Of a stretch of DNA of 64,000 nt, positions 10,054-19,697 are shown in pieces. The first letter of the stretch is position 1. Every line of letters starts with the position of its first letter. This DNA comes from a candidate division CPR2 bacterium GW2011_GWC2_39_10 (GTDB lineage: Bacteria > Patescibacteriota > CPR2), in NCBI GenBank assembly GCA_000993275.1, contig LBVV01000009.1:2897-66896 (forward strand), given 5' to 3'. The notes beneath the pieces are model-generated. The model had not been told where the DNA came from. It did not search any database and was given only the letters and a program-made list of their open reading frames with translations. A program made the translations under genes and the position numbers.

Positions 10054-10329
10054 ATGGGAAGATCACTAAAAAAGGGACCGTTTATAGATCCTAAGTTATT
10101 AAAGAAAATCGAAGGCTCTTCGGCAAATGATAAAAAAATCATTAAAACGTGGGCCAGAAGCTCATCTATTTCTCCGGAAATGGTTGGGTACACAATTGCC
10201 GTGCATAACGGTAAAGAACATCTTCCCGTATATATTACCGAAAACATGGTTGGTCATAAATTTGGTGAATTTTCCCCAACCAGGAAATTTAGAAGTCACG
10301 GCGGTAAAAAAGCTAAGGCTGGAAGGTAA
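10054..10329 (+). CDS. rpsS: 30S ribosomal protein S19
   Basis: [18 protein letters not shown]...[27 protein letters not shown]. Confidence 0.98.
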   Translation: MGRSLKKGPFIDPKLLKKIEGSSANDKKIIKTWARSSSISPEMVGYTIAVHNGKEHLPVYITENMVGHKFGEFSPTRKFRSHGGKKAKAGR

Positions 10330-10334
10330 AAAGA

Positions 10335-10766
10335 ATGAAAGTTAAGTCACAAGCAAAATACGTTAGAACATCGCCCAGAAAGGTACGATTAGTAATTGAC
10401 CTTATTCGGGGCAAAAAAGCTGAAGATGCCATGGCTATTTTAAAATTCGTTAATAAGGCCGCAGCAAAGCCTGTTTTAAAGGTTGTTAAATCAGCAGTTG
10501 CTGACGCGGAACATAATTTCAATTTACGAAAAAAGGACCTTGTAATTACCGAGGCAAAAGCCGATGAGGGTCCAACATTAAAAAGAATTCGGCCAAGAGC
10601 CAAAGGTTCCGCTTTCGAAATTAAAAAAAGAACAAGCCACATTACGGTTTGTGTTGAAGCAGAAACTTCGAAAGCAAAAGGCGAATTATCCAAGGCTCGC
10701 TTAAGTTCCAAAGTTATAAAAAAAGCGGCCGTCGGTAAAAAGGAGCAAAATGGGTCAGAAAGTTAA
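10335..10766 (+). CDS. rplV: 50S ribosomal protein L22 (with C-terminal K-rich tail)
   Basis: [26 protein letters not shown]...[20 protein letters not shown], plus ~35 extra C-terminal residues. Overlaps rpsC by 17 nt. Confidence 0.95.
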   Translation: MKVKSQAKYVRTSPRKVRLVIDLIRGKKAEDAMAILKFVNKAAAKPVLKVVKSAVADAEHNFNLRKKDLVITEAKADEGPTLKRIRPRAKGSAFEIKKRTSHITVCVEAETSKAKGELSKARLSSKVIKKAAVGKKEQNGSES

Positions 10767-11406
10767 TCCAACATCTTTCAGGTTACAACTAACAAGGGAT
10801 TGGCAATCCAGATGGTTTGCTGAACGAAATTATACGCAATTTTTACATGAGGATATAAAAATTAGAGAATTTATTATGGGCAAACACGGCGTAAAAAGCG
10901 GCATAAACAGAGTTGAAATTGAAAGAAGTCCAAGTTTGGTAACGGTAATTATTTATTCTTCAAAACCGGGCATAATAATCGGTCGCGGCGGAGCCGGCAT
11001 AGATGAGCTTAAAAAATCAGTTTCTAAAATAATTAAAATTCCGGTAAAAATTAATATCGAAGAAATTAGAAACGCGGAATTATATGCAAAATTAGTAGGA
11101 GATAACATTGTCGGTCAGTTAGAGCGAAGAATTGCCTTTAAAAGAGCAATTAAGCAGGCAATTGACAGATCCATGAAGGCAGGTGCCAAGGGTATAAAAG
11201 TTTCTGTTTCCGGCCGACTTGGCGGAGCAGATATTGCCAGAAATGAAACAAGGTCAGAAGGTAAAATTCCTTTACAAACCATTAAGGCTGATGTTGATTA
11301 CGCTTTGGCGAAAGCTAAAACCACTTACGGAATTCTTGGTGTAAAGGTCTGGATTTATAAAGGCGACATCCAAAGAAAAGCTGTAAATAAGAAAGAATCC
11401 AAATAA
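10750..11406 (+). CDS. rpsC: 30S ribosomal protein S3
   Basis: [12 protein letters not shown]..., KH domain [12 protein letters not shown], and [13 protein letters not shown]. Confidence 0.97.
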   Translation: MGQKVNPTSFRLQLTRDWQSRWFAERNYTQFLHEDIKIREFIMGKHGVKSGINRVEIERSPSLVTVIIYSSKPGIIIGRGGAGIDELKKSVSKIIKIPVKINIEEIRNAELYAKLVGDNIVGQLERRIAFKRAIKQAIDRSMKAGAKGIKVSVSGRLGGADIARNETRSEGKIPLQTIKADVDYALAKAKTTYGILGVKVWIYKGDIQRKAVNKKESK

Positions 11407-11428
11407 ATTTTAGGAGATATGTAATATC

Positions 11429-11845
11429 ATGTTAATGCCCAGAAAAACCAAGTACAGAAAAAGCCATAAATTAGAAATAACCGGTAACGAAACCAGAGGA
11501 CTTGAACTTAGCTTTGGTCAATACGGATTAAAGGCTTTAGAACCCATTTGGTTAAATTCCAGACAGATTGAATCTGCCAGAAGGGCAATGACCAGATATA
11601 TTAAAAGAGGCGGTAAGATTTGGATTAGAGTCTTTCCGGCAAAACCGGTAACCAAAAAACCGCAGGAAGTTAGAATGGGTGGCGGAAAAGGAGCTGTAGA
11701 TCATTATGTGGCAGTTATCAGACCGGGCAGAGTATTGTTTGAAATGGATGGCGTTTCAAAAGAAGTTGCAAAAGAAGCCTTAAGGCTTGCATCTCATAAG
11801 CTTCCAATTAAAACCAAATTTATTTCCAAAGACGAGGTAGAATAA
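11429..11845 (+). CDS. rplP: 50S ribosomal protein L16
   Basis: [14 protein letters not shown]...[28 protein letters not shown]. Confidence 0.97.
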   Translation: MLMPRKTKYRKSHKLEITGNETRGLELSFGQYGLKALEPIWLNSRQIESARRAMTRYIKRGGKIWIRVFPAKPVTKKPQEVRMGGGKGAVDHYVAVIRPGRVLFEMDGVSKEVAKEALRLASHKLPIKTKFISKDEVE

Positions 11846-12069
11846 TGAAATACAAAGAATTTATTGCAAAAAATGATAAGCAACTGACTAAAGACTTGGC
11901 CGATGCTTTAAAAAATTTAAGGGAATTAAGATTTGGCATTGCAACCAGAGAAGTTAAAAATACAAAGGCAATAGTTAATGTAAGGAAAGATATTGCCAGA
12001 ATTTTGACCTTAAGAAGAGAAAGAGAAATTGCAAAGGTACTAAGTGAGGAGAGCAAAAATGAGTCGTAA
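11845..12069 (+). CDS. rpmC: 50S ribosomal protein L29
   Basis: 74 aa, LKNLRELRFGIATREVKNT pattern. ATG overlaps the rplP stop (TAATG). Confidence 0.9.
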   Translation: MKYKEFIAKNDKQLTKDLADALKNLRELRFGIATREVKNTKAIVNVRKDIARILTLRREREIAKVLSEESKNES

Positions 12070-12355
12070 ATTAAAAGGGACGGTAGTCTCCGATAAAATG
12101 GATAAAACAGCAGTCGTAAGAGTTGACAGTCTAAAAACTCATCCGATTTACAAAAAAAAGTTTAAGGTTTCCAAAAAATATAAAATTCATGATGAAGGGA
12201 ATGTCTTAAAGGTTGGTGATGTTGTGGAGTTTGTCGAAACCAGACCAATTTCTAAAGACAAATCATGGGCGCTTTCCAAAGTATTAGAACAGGCTTCTTC
12301 GACAAGCTCACCTCGTGGTGACTCGCCGGAACCAGAACAGGCCAAGGGAGAATAA
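12059..12355 (+). CDS. rpsQ: 30S ribosomal protein S17 (with acidic/Ser-rich C-terminal tail)
   Basis: Preferred start is ATG 12059 (gaggag 8 nt upstream), giving [22 protein letters not shown]...[28 protein letters not shown]. The tail [22 protein letters not shown] is extra. Confidence 0.92.
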   Translation: MSRKLKGTVVSDKMDKTAVVRVDSLKTHPIYKKKFKVSKKYKIHDEGNVLKVGDVVEFVETRPISKDKSWALSKVLEQASSTSSPRGDSPEPEQAKGE

Positions 12356-12356
12356 A

Positions 12357-12725
12357 ATGATCCAGGAAAGAACAATGTTAAAAGTTGCAGACAACACCGG
12401 TGCGAAAATTATTCAATGCATTCGTGTTCTTGGCGGTACAAGGAAAAGAACCGCTGCAGTTGGCGAACTTATCGTTGGTACCGTCAAAAGTGCAATGCCT
12501 GGCGGGACGGTAAAAAAGAAGGAAGTTGTAAGGTGCGTTATTGTTAGAGCAGTCAAGGAACAGAAAAGAAAAGACGGCTCAACCATTCGCTTTGATGAAA
12601 ATGCTTGTGTAGTTATTAATAAAGAAGGAAATCCAAGAGGAACCAGAATTTTTGGTCCTGTTGGAAGAGAATTAAGAGATAAAGGTTATTCGAAAATCAT
12701 ATCGCTTGCACCGGAGGTATTATAA
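12357..12725 (+). CDS. rplN: 50S ribosomal protein L14
   Basis: [17 protein letters not shown]...[25 protein letters not shown]. The ORF-track start at 12315 only adds the overlap with the rpsQ tail. Confidence 0.96.
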   Translation: MIQERTMLKVADNTGAKIIQCIRVLGGTRKRTAAVGELIVGTVKSAMPGGTVKKKEVVRCVIVRAVKEQKRKDGSTIRFDENACVVINKEGNPRGTRIFGPVGRELRDKGYSKIISLAPEVL

Positions 12726-13031
12726 ATGAAAGTTAAAAAAGGCGACAATATACTCGTTACCGTTGGTAAGGATAAGGGCAAAACCGGCAAAGTTATGCAA
12801 GTTTTACCTTCAGACGCTGCAGTTATAGTTGAAGGTATCAATATTAAGAAAAAGGCTGTTAAAGCTTCGACAAAGATACCGGCCGGTGGCATTATTGAGG
12901 TTACAAAGTCGATTGATTCATCTAATTTAGCAGTTGTTTGTCCGAGATGTAATAAGCCGGCCAGAATGGGTTATACCGAAATAAAAGGCGGTAAGGTCAG
13001 AATTTGCAAGAGATGCAAGGAGAAAATCTAA
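12726..13031 (+). CDS. rplX: 50S ribosomal protein L24
   Basis: KOW motif MKVKKGDNILVTVGKDKGKTGKV. Conserved position. Confidence 0.95.
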   Translation: MKVKKGDNILVTVGKDKGKTGKVMQVLPSDAAVIVEGINIKKKAVKASTKIPAGGIIEVTKSIDSSNLAVVCPRCNKPARMGYTEIKGGKVRICKRCKEKI

Positions 13032-13582
13032 TGGCAAGACTAAAAGATTTATATAAGAAAGAAATAATAAAAAAGATGGAAACTGATTTTGGTTATACGA
13101 ACGCAATGGAGGTACCAAAAATAACGAAGATATCCGTAAACATTGGTGTCGGTCAAGCAATTACCAATTCCAAGTTGTTAGACGAGTTAGAAAATATTGT
13201 CGCTAAAATTACGGGTCAAAAACCAATCAGGACTATAGCCAAGAAATCCATCGCCGGTTTTAAATTAAGAGAAGGATATCCAATTGGCCTGTCTGTTATT
13301 CTAAGGGGCGAAAGAATGTATGATTTTTTAGATAGATTAGTTAATGTTGCTCTTCCGAGAGTCAGGGACTTTAGAGGCATAAAACCCAAAGCCTTTGACG
13401 GTAAAGGCAACTATTCGTTAGGAATTAATGAACATACAGTTTTTCCGGAGGTGTCGCATGATGATATTGTCGGAACGTATGGATTGCAGGTAAATATAAA
13501 TACTACCGCAACAAATAATGAAGAAGCCAAAAAGTTGTTAGAATATTTTGGATTTCCATTTAAGAAAGATGGGAGTAAATAA
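13031..13582 (+). CDS. rplE: 50S ribosomal protein L5
   Basis: Start [12 protein letters not shown] at ATG 13031 (TAATG overlap with rplX). [10 protein letters not shown]...[15 protein letters not shown]. Confidence 0.96.
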   Translation: MARLKDLYKKEIIKKMETDFGYTNAMEVPKITKISVNIGVGQAITNSKLLDELENIVAKITGQKPIRTIAKKSIAGFKLREGYPIGLSVILRGERMYDFLDRLVNVALPRVRDFRGIKPKAFDGKGNYSLGINEHTVFPEVSHDDIVGTYGLQVNINTTATNNEEAKKLLEYFGFPFKKDGSK

Positions 13583-13584
13583 TT

Positions 13585-13770
13585 ATGGCAAGAAAAGCTT
13601 TAATAGAAAAAGCATTAAGAAAACCTAAATTTTCCACCCGAAAAATTAGTCGTTGCCAAATCTGTGGTCGGCCAAAAGCTTACATCAGAAAATACGGAAT
13701 GTGCAGAATCTGCTTCAGGGAAAGAGCGTCTAGGGGTGAAATTCCGGGTATAACTAAGAGTTCGTGGTAA
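13585..13770 (+). CDS. rpsN: 30S ribosomal protein S14, zinc-binding type Z
   Basis: 61 aa with CQICGRP...CRICFRE Cys pairs. Confidence 0.95.
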   Translation: MARKALIEKALRKPKFSTRKISRCQICGRPKAYIRKYGMCRICFRERASRGEIPGITKSSW

Positions 13771-13795
13771 AATCTAAGGCAAAAAGGAGAAATAA

Positions 13796-14197
13796 ATGGC
13801 AGTATCAGATCCAATCGCTGACATGTTAACAAGAATAAGGAATGCCTTAAAAGTAAGAAAGGCAATAGTTGCATTACCGTCATCCAAGATGAAGATGGAT
13901 ATCCTTTCAATACTTAAAAAACGTGGTTTTATTGCCGATTTTAAGGAAATATCCAAAGAAGGTTTCAAAGAAATTGAAATAGAATTAAAGTATGAATCGG
14001 ATGGTCGAACCCCGGTTATTACTGAAACTTCCAGAATATCCAAACCCGGCAGGAGAGTGTACTCCAAAAAAGATGATATTCCGCGAGTAATGCAAGGTAG
14101 GGGCATTATCGTTATGTCAACTTCAAAAGGCATTATGTCTGGTGACGATGCTAAAAAAGAAGGTTTGGGAGGCGAAGTCCTTCTAAAAGCCTGGTAA
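13796..14197 (+). CDS. rpsH: 30S ribosomal protein S8
   Basis: SDPIADMLTRIRNA... and GGEVLLKAW C-terminus. Confidence 0.96.
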   Translation: MAVSDPIADMLTRIRNALKVRKAIVALPSSKMKMDILSILKKRGFIADFKEISKEGFKEIEIELKYESDGRTPVITETSRISKPGRRVYSKKDDIPRVMQGRGIIVMSTSKGIMSGDDAKKEGLGGEVLLKAW

Positions 14198-14218
14198 AGG
14201 GCAAAACCCTCACCCCTG

Positions 14219-14238
14219 CCCTCTCCCAATGGAGAGGG
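14219..14238 (+). repeat. Perfect 8-bp hairpin ccctctcc-caat-ggagaggg inside the rpsH-rplF spacer
   Basis: Read directly. Embedded in ccctcacccctgccctctcccaatggagagggagaaagagg. The spacer is otherwise unusually long (73 nt) for this operon. Confidence 0.8.
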
Positions 14239-14270
14239 AGAAAGAGGAAGTTAATCTATAGGGAGAAAAA

Positions 14271-14810
14271 ATGTCAAGAATCGGAAAATTACCAATAGAA
14301 ATCCCAAGCGGAGTAACCGTAGACTTAGAACAAAATCTAGTTAAGGTTATCGGTGCAAAAGGCAGTTTAGAACTGGAAGTGTCTGACCTTTTAGTTATTA
14401 AAAAAGATGAAGCCAGCATTACGGTAGTGCCAAAGGAAGAAACAACAAGCGCCAGACAGCTTTGGGGCTTAACCAGAACTTTAGTTAGCAATATGGTGAT
14501 TGGAGTTTCTGAGGGTTACGAAAAAAAACTTGAAATAGTAGGTATTGGCTATAAGGCGCAGATGCAAGGAAATAAATTGGTAGTAAATGCCGGCTATTCT
14601 CATCCGGTAGAATTTAATCCGCCGGAAGGAATTAGTCTAAAAGTAGAAAAAAATACAATAACCGTTTCGGGTTTTGATAAACAATTGGTAGGCCAGGCAG
14701 CCGCGAATATTAGAGAAATTAGAAAGCCGGAACCATATAAGGGCAAGGGCATAAAGTATGTCGGCGAACATATTAGAAGAAAAGCTGGGAAAGCAGCTAA
14801 GGCGAGGTAA
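14271..14810 (+). CDS. rplF: 50S ribosomal protein L6
   Basis: MSRIGKLPIEIPSGVTV...GYKAQMQGNKLVVNAGYSHPV...PEPYKGKGIKY. Confidence 0.96.
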   Translation: MSRIGKLPIEIPSGVTVDLEQNLVKVIGAKGSLELEVSDLLVIKKDEASITVVPKEETTSARQLWGLTRTLVSNMVIGVSEGYEKKLEIVGIGYKAQMQGNKLVVNAGYSHPVEFNPPEGISLKVEKNTITVSGFDKQLVGQAAANIREIRKPEPYKGKGIKYVGEHIRRKAGKAAKAR

Positions 14811-14812
14811 AA

Positions 14813-15157
14813 ATGACTAAAAGAGAAGCATTAATTAGAAGAAAAAACAGAATAAGGCAAAAAATAAGCGGTAATGCAAAAAGACCAAGATTATCCGTTT
14901 ATACTTCCAATAACCACGTTATTGCCCAACTGATTAACGATGAAAAGGGTAATACTATTGCTTATGCAACCGATATTAATATAAAAAATACTAAAGGTAC
15001 AAAGACCCAAATTGCAGCCTTGGTTGGGACAGAAATTGCCAAAATGGCAAAAACCAAAAAAATTGACGAAGTGGTTTTTGACAGAGGCGGTAAACTATAC
15101 CATGGCCGTGTTAAAGCGTTAGCTGAAGCTGCAAGAGAAGCCGGTCTTAAATTTTAA
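14813..15157 (+). CDS. rplR: 50S ribosomal protein L18
   Basis: RPRLSVYTSNNHVIAQLIND...FDRGGKLYHGRVKALAEAAREAGLKF. Confidence 0.96.
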   Translation: MTKREALIRRKNRIRQKISGNAKRPRLSVYTSNNHVIAQLINDEKGNTIAYATDINIKNTKGTKTQIAALVGTEIAKMAKTKKIDEVVFDRGGKLYHGRVKALAEAAREAGLKF

Positions 15158-15166
15158 GGGGAAAAT

Positions 15167-15844
15167 ATGGCAGATTTTGTGAAGTCCGAAGAGAAATTAT
15201 ATGATGAAAGAGTCGTACAAATCGACCGAATCACCCGTGTAGTTGCCGGTGGCAGAAGGCTTAGATTTAGAGCAACCGTAGTGGTTGGAGACAAAAACGG
15301 CAGTGTTGGTGTTGGCATAGCTAAGGGTCGTGAGGTTGTTTTGGCAATTAACAAAGCTTCCCAAAAGGCTCGAAAAAGCATGGTTAAAGTTACCCTTAAA
15401 GGCACAACTATCCCTCATGAAGTCATGGTGAAATTCAGTGGCGCGAAAGTTTTTCTTAAACCCGCATCTAAGGGTACCGGTGTTATTGCCGGCGGAGCGG
15501 TACGCGCAGTGGTGGAGGTTGCCGGCATCCATGATATTTTAAGTAAAATGATTGGTTCTTCCAATAAAATCAATAATGTTTATGCAACTTTTGAAGCTCT
15601 AAAGCAATTAAAGGCAATAAACAATAAACAAGAAACAATAAACAAGAAAACAGAAAAGAAAATGGTAGAAAACCCTGTTAAGGAAGAAAATGAAATCGAA
15701 GAAAAGGCTGATGAAGCAGTAAAGGAAGAAATTGCTAAATCACCAAAAATAGAAAAAGAAAAAGCTGCCGAAGCGGTAAAAATTGAAAAAAAAGAAACTA
15801 AGGCAAAAAAAGATATTAAAGAAGTAAAAAAGAGTAGTAAATAA
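15167..15844 (+). CDS. rpsE: 30S ribosomal protein S5 with ~65-aa K/E-rich C-terminal extension
   Basis: [40 protein letters not shown] core. The canonical end (...TFEALKQLK) is followed by [11 protein letters not shown]...KEVKKSSK. Confidence 0.95.
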   Translation: MADFVKSEEKLYDERVVQIDRITRVVAGGRRLRFRATVVVGDKNGSVGVGIAKGREVVLAINKASQKARKSMVKVTLKGTTIPHEVMVKFSGAKVFLKPASKGTGVIAGGAVRAVVEVAGIHDILSKMIGSSNKINNVYATFEALKQLKAINNKQETINKKTEKKMVENPVKEENEIEEKADEAVKEEIAKSPKIEKEKAAEAVKIEKKETKAKKDIKEVKKSSK

Positions 15845-16278
15845 TGAAGTTACACGAAATTACCCAAAAAGTTGGGAAAAAGTCAAAAAGAATTGGTCGC
15901 GGAATTGGTTCCGGGCGAGGCAAAACTGCCGGACGAGGAACAAAAGGTCAAAACTCCAGAACCGGAGGCGGAGTTAGGCCCGGCTTTGAAGGCGGACAGA
16001 CGCCTCTTATTAGGAGAATCCCCAAACTTAAAGGTTTTAAATCCAGAAATCCAAAAGCCAAAGTTATTAATTTGGATGATTTAAATAAATTAAGTGATGG
16101 CGCCAAGATTAATGACGGGACGCTGGTTGCATCCGGTCTGATTTTAAAGGGCCAAAAGTACAAGATATTGAACAGCGGCAATCTTGAAAAAAAATTGACC
16201 CTAGATACAGAAAGCGTTTCTAAAGAAGCCAAAAAAATTATTGATAAATCCACAAAAGAAGCCAAAAAAGCATCATAG
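15844..16278 (+). CDS. rplO: 50S ribosomal protein L15
   Basis: GRGIGSGRGKTAGRGTKGQNSRTGGGVRPGFEGGQTPLIRRIPK. Directly follows rpsE (TAATG overlap), so no L30 gene is present. Confidence 0.96.
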   Translation: MKLHEITQKVGKKSKRIGRGIGSGRGKTAGRGTKGQNSRTGGGVRPGFEGGQTPLIRRIPKLKGFKSRNPKAKVINLDDLNKLSDGAKINDGTLVASGLILKGQKYKILNSGNLEKKLTLDTESVSKEAKKIIDKSTKEAKKAS

Positions 16279-16364
16279 TTTAGTAAAGAATTGTATATTA
16301 GATCTTTATTAAATTAAAATCGATATATATGGATGGGCTTAAATAAGTCCGAAAGGTAAATTCG

Positions 16365-17681
16365 TTGGAAACAATAAAAGCTATTATCAAAAATAAGGAA
16401 CTTAGAGGAAAGATTTTTTATGTTGCCTTTATTTTGGTTATTTTTAGACTTGTTTCCCATGTTCCGGTTCCGGGTCCGGATCCGGAATTGATCAGACAAT
16501 TTATAAGCGGTTATTTCAATCAAAGTTCGGCATTAGGAGTGTATGAAATCTTAACCGGCGGCGGTTTAAGTAAATTTTCCATACTCTTGATGGGCGTAGG
16601 TCCGTATATTACAGCATCCATTATCATGCAGCTTTTAACTATGGTTGTTCCAAGCCTTCATGCTCTATCCAAGGAAGGTGAACAGGGGCATCACAAAATT
16701 AATCAGTATTCGAGATACCTAACTGTACCAATTTCGATTATTCAGGGTTATTCGATGCTTAAAATCATTGATAATTCTTCCACCGCTATTTTGGACGGAA
16801 CCAGACTAATTGGAAATCCGGGTGTGGGAACTTGGGCGCTAATGTTATTTGCTACAACCGTTGGAACACTTTTTCTGATGTGGATCGGCGAACTTATTAC
16901 CGAAAAAGGCATTGGTAACGGAGTTTCCTTAATAATCTTTGCCGGAATTGTGGCCGGACTTCCGGTTTCAATTTCTAACCAGATTAAAAATATTACTTAC
17001 GAAGGCGGTTTTACACCCACCATTTTCTGGAAAGACATTGGGTTTTTGGTTGCTGGCGCCCTGGCTATTTTTGCGGTTGTTATTATTACCGAAGGTGTCA
17101 GGAAAATTCCAATTTCTTATGCAAAAAAAGTTCGAGGAAATAAAATTTACGGGGGTATGGATACCCATTTACCGGTTAAAGTGAACACGGCTGGTGTTAT
17201 CCCAATTATCTTTGCAGGTGCTTTTATGAGCTTGCCGCAGGTTGTAGGTTTGCTATCTAATGCTAAAACGGCATTTATAGCAAATTTTGCCAAATGGACG
17301 CAGGTTGCTTTCTCTTATGGTAAATGGCCGTATGTTGTTGCTTATTTCTTTTTAATAGTCGGATTTACATATTTTTCCACCTTTTTATACTTTAAACCGG
17401 ATGAGGTATCCGAAAATGTTCAGAAGCATGGCGGGTTTATTCCCGGAATACGCCCCGGCAGACAAACCGCAGAGTATCTCAAGTACGTTTTAAATAGGCT
17501 GACTTTAACCGGATCGGTATTCTTAGGTGTTATTGCGTCAATGCCATTTTTCCTTCAGTATTTCACGGGCGATCCAAGCTTGACAATAGGCGGTACCGGA
17601 CTTCTAATCGTGGTTTCGGTAGTTTTAGAAACAATGAAAAAAGTTCAGGCTCAGCTTATAATGCGTACGTATGAGAAATAA
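16365..17681 (+). CDS. secY: Preprotein translocase subunit SecY
   Basis: 438 aa, TTG start, ~10 TM segments. GGGLSKFSILLMGVGPYITASIIMQLL and WIGELITEKGIGNGVSLIIFAGI motifs. Confidence 0.96.
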   Translation: METIKAIIKNKELRGKIFYVAFILVIFRLVSHVPVPGPDPELIRQFISGYFNQSSALGVYEILTGGGLSKFSILLMGVGPYITASIIMQLLTMVVPSLHALSKEGEQGHHKINQYSRYLTVPISIIQGYSMLKIIDNSSTAILDGTRLIGNPGVGTWALMLFATTVGTLFLMWIGELITEKGIGNGVSLIIFAGIVAGLPVSISNQIKNITYEGGFTPTIFWKDIGFLVAGALAIFAVVIITEGVRKIPISYAKKVRGNKIYGGMDTHLPVKVNTAGVIPIIFAGAFMSLPQVVGLLSNAKTAFIANFAKWTQVAFSYGKWPYVVAYFFLIVGFTYFSTFLYFKPDEVSENVQKHGGFIPGIRPGRQTAEYLKYVLNRLTLTGSVFLGVIASMPFFLQYFTGDPSLTIGGTGLLIVVSVVLETMKKVQAQLIMRTYEK

Positions 17682-17695
17682 GATAATGAAAACCC

Positions 17696-17724
17696 TTGCA
17701 AAAGAGCAAAAATTATAGTATATT
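17696..17724 (+). promoter_or_regulatory. Sigma70-type promoter upstream of infA
   Basis: ttgcaa (17696-17701), 17-nt spacer, tatatt (17719-17724). Confidence 0.5.
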
Positions 17725-17761
17725 AATTAGGTCTTAAATTTAAGGCAAGAAAGTACCAAGA

Positions 17762-17983
17762 ATGACTGATACAAAGGAAGTAATTGAGTTAACGGGAACC
17801 GTCCTCGAAACTCTGCCAAACGCAATGTTTAGGGTAGAGTTGGAGAACGGACATGTTATTTTAGCGCATATCTCCGGCAAAATGAGAATGCACTATATCA
17901 AGATTTTGCCTGGAGACAAAGTTACGGTTGAAATGACCCCATACGATTTAACTAAAGGCCGAATCACATTCAGGCTAAAGTAG
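17762..17983 (+). CDS. infA: Translation initiation factor IF-1
   Basis: 73 aa. [60 protein letters not shown]. Confidence 0.97.
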   Translation: MTDTKEVIELTGTVLETLPNAMFRVELENGHVILAHISGKMRMHYIKILPGDKVTVEMTPYDLTKGRITFRLK

Positions 17984-18041
17984 ATCAGGACAGGAAACAG
18001 GAAACAGGAAACAGTAATCAGGAAACAAAGGAAATATAGAT

Positions 18042-18155
18042 ATGAAAGTGCGAGCAAGTGTAAAACAAATATGTATGAAATGTAAGGTAATCCGCCGAAA
18101 AGGTGTTTTGCGGGTCATTTGTGAAAACCCCAAACACAAGCAAAGGCAAGGATAA
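18042..18155 (+). CDS. rpmJ: 50S ribosomal protein L36 (not in the ORF track, 37 aa)
   Basis: Hand translation gives [37 protein letters not shown] followed by a stop. RBS aaggaaa upstream. Canonical infA-rpmJ-rpsM position. Confidence 0.93.
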   Translation: MKVRASVKQICMKCKVIRRKGVLRVICENPKHKQRQG

Positions 18156-18238
18156 AACAAGTTAAACGGTTAGGCAGTTAAATAGGAATTTGTAACTAAT
18201 CAACTAATCAACTGATAGACTGATACCAAAGGAGAAAA

Positions 18239-18625
18239 ATGGCGAGAGTAAAAGGTGTAGACCTTCCAAGAGAAAAAAGAATAGAAATTGCCCTTACATA
18301 TATTTACGGTATTGGGCTCACGAGAAGTCATAAAATTCTTGAACAGGCAAAAATAAATGCTGATACCAGAGTTAGTAAGCTTACCGAATCGGAAGTAAAT
18401 AGAATTAGAGAAATTATTGAGAAGAATTTTACAGTTGAGGGCGATTTAAGAAGAGAAGTTCAAACCGATATAAAAAGATTAAAAGACATAAGTTCCTATA
18501 GGGGAAATAGGCATAAAGCCGGTTTGCCGGTTAGGGGGCAGCGAACGAAAACAAATTCCAGAACCAAAAGAGGCAGAAAAGTAACCATTGGTTCAGGAAA
18601 GAAGAAAGCGCCCGGAAAAACTTAA
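18239..18625 (+). CDS. rpsM: 30S ribosomal protein S13
   Basis: [26 protein letters not shown]...[21 protein letters not shown]. Confidence 0.97.
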   Translation: MARVKGVDLPREKRIEIALTYIYGIGLTRSHKILEQAKINADTRVSKLTESEVNRIREIIEKNFTVEGDLRREVQTDIKRLKDISSYRGNRHKAGLPVRGQRTKTNSRTKRGRKVTIGSGKKKAPGKT

Positions 18626-18652
18626 AAATTTAAATCCAAAACGGAGATATTA

Positions 18653-19045
18653 ATGGCAGCAAAGAAATCAGTTGCGAAAAAAAAGAAAATTAAAAAAGTT
18701 GTCGTCGAAGGCAAGGCCTTTGTACGGTCTACTTTTAATAACACCATAATTACCATTTCCGATAAAGATGGCAATGTTCTTGCTTGGGATAGTTCCGGAG
18801 CTTCCGGTTTTAAAGGTTCCAGAAAAAGCACTCCCTATGCAGCTCAGGTTGCAGCTTCACATGTTGCCGACAAGGCCAAAGCTTATGGCATCAGAAAAGT
18901 TTCTGTTTTTGTAAAAGGTATTGGAAGCGGCAGAGAAACTGCTGTCAGATCAATCCAAAATAGCGGCATTGATGTCACTTCAATAAAAGATATAACTCCA
19001 ATTCCACATAATGGTTGCAGACCAAGAAAGCCGAGGAGAGTATAA
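18653..19045 (+). CDS. rpsK: 30S ribosomal protein S11
   Basis: [38 protein letters not shown]...[18 protein letters not shown]. Confidence 0.97.
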   Translation: MAAKKSVAKKKKIKKVVVEGKAFVRSTFNNTIITISDKDGNVLAWDSSGASGFKGSRKSTPYAAQVAASHVADKAKAYGIRKVSVFVKGIGSGRETAVRSIQNSGIDVTSIKDITPIPHNGCRPRKPRRV

Positions 19046-19677
19046 TGGCAAGAATGAAAGATGCTCAGTGCAGACTTTGCCGAAGAGCAGGTCAAAAACT
19101 ATTTTTAAAGGGCGATAGATGTTTGGGTCCGAAATGCGCCATCATAACCAAAAACTATCCGCCGGGACAGCATGGTGTTTCCGGTTCCAGAAAATCGTCC
19201 GCTTACGCTATGGCTTTAAAGGAAAAGCAAAAAGTTAAAAGAATGTATGGCGTTTTAGAAAGACAGTTTCGAAATTATTATAAAGCTGCCGATGGGAAAG
19301 AAGGCGTAACCGGAACAATACTTTTACAGTATTTAGAAAAAAGACTAGATAATACTGTTTATCGCTTAGGCTTTGCTTCATCCAGAAGGGCGTCCAGACA
19401 ATTAGTTAACCATGGACATTTTACGGTTAACGGAAAAAAAGTTGATATCCCGTCGTTTCAGGTTAAAAAAGGCGATAAAATAGAAATTTCCGAATTTTCC
19501 AAAAATGATAAATATTTTAAGGAAATATTAAAAGATATTTTAGTAAAGGCAGATGTTCCGCAGTGGTTAAAACAAGACAGTAAAAAAATGACCGGAGAAG
19601 TAACCGGCGAACCGCTAAGAGAAAACATGGACCCGTCCATTCAAGAAGCATTAATAGTCGAGCTATATTCAAAATAA
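19045..19677 (+). CDS. rpsD: 30S ribosomal protein S4
   Basis: Start [26 protein letters not shown] at ATG 19045 (TAATG overlap with rpsK). S4 RNA-binding domain RQLVNHGHFTVNGKKVDIPSFQVKKGD. Confidence 0.96.
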   Translation: MARMKDAQCRLCRRAGQKLFLKGDRCLGPKCAIITKNYPPGQHGVSGSRKSSAYAMALKEKQKVKRMYGVLERQFRNYYKAADGKEGVTGTILLQYLEKRLDNTVYRLGFASSRRASRQLVNHGHFTVNGKKVDIPSFQVKKGDKIEISEFSKNDKYFKEILKDILVKADVPQWLKQDSKKMTGEVTGEPLRENMDPSIQEALIVELYSK

Positions 19678-19697
19678 TCCTTTAAAGGAGGATATAA

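Noticed and set aside
12315-12356. Upstream extensions of ORF-track starts: rplN at 12315, rplE at 13004, rpsD at 19015, rpsQ at 12044, rpsI at 21678, holB at 29698.
   Set aside because: The extensions overlap the preceding gene and add non-homologous residues. The internal ATGs give canonical N-termini and have an RBS or a TAATG/ATGA coupling.
8285-14229. Long antisense ORFs inside ribosomal-protein genes (8285-8704, 9738-10247, 10313-10711 and 13774-14229, all minus strand).
   Set aside because: They fully overlap highly conserved plus-strand genes. They have no RBS and only low-complexity products. These are typical shadow ORFs.
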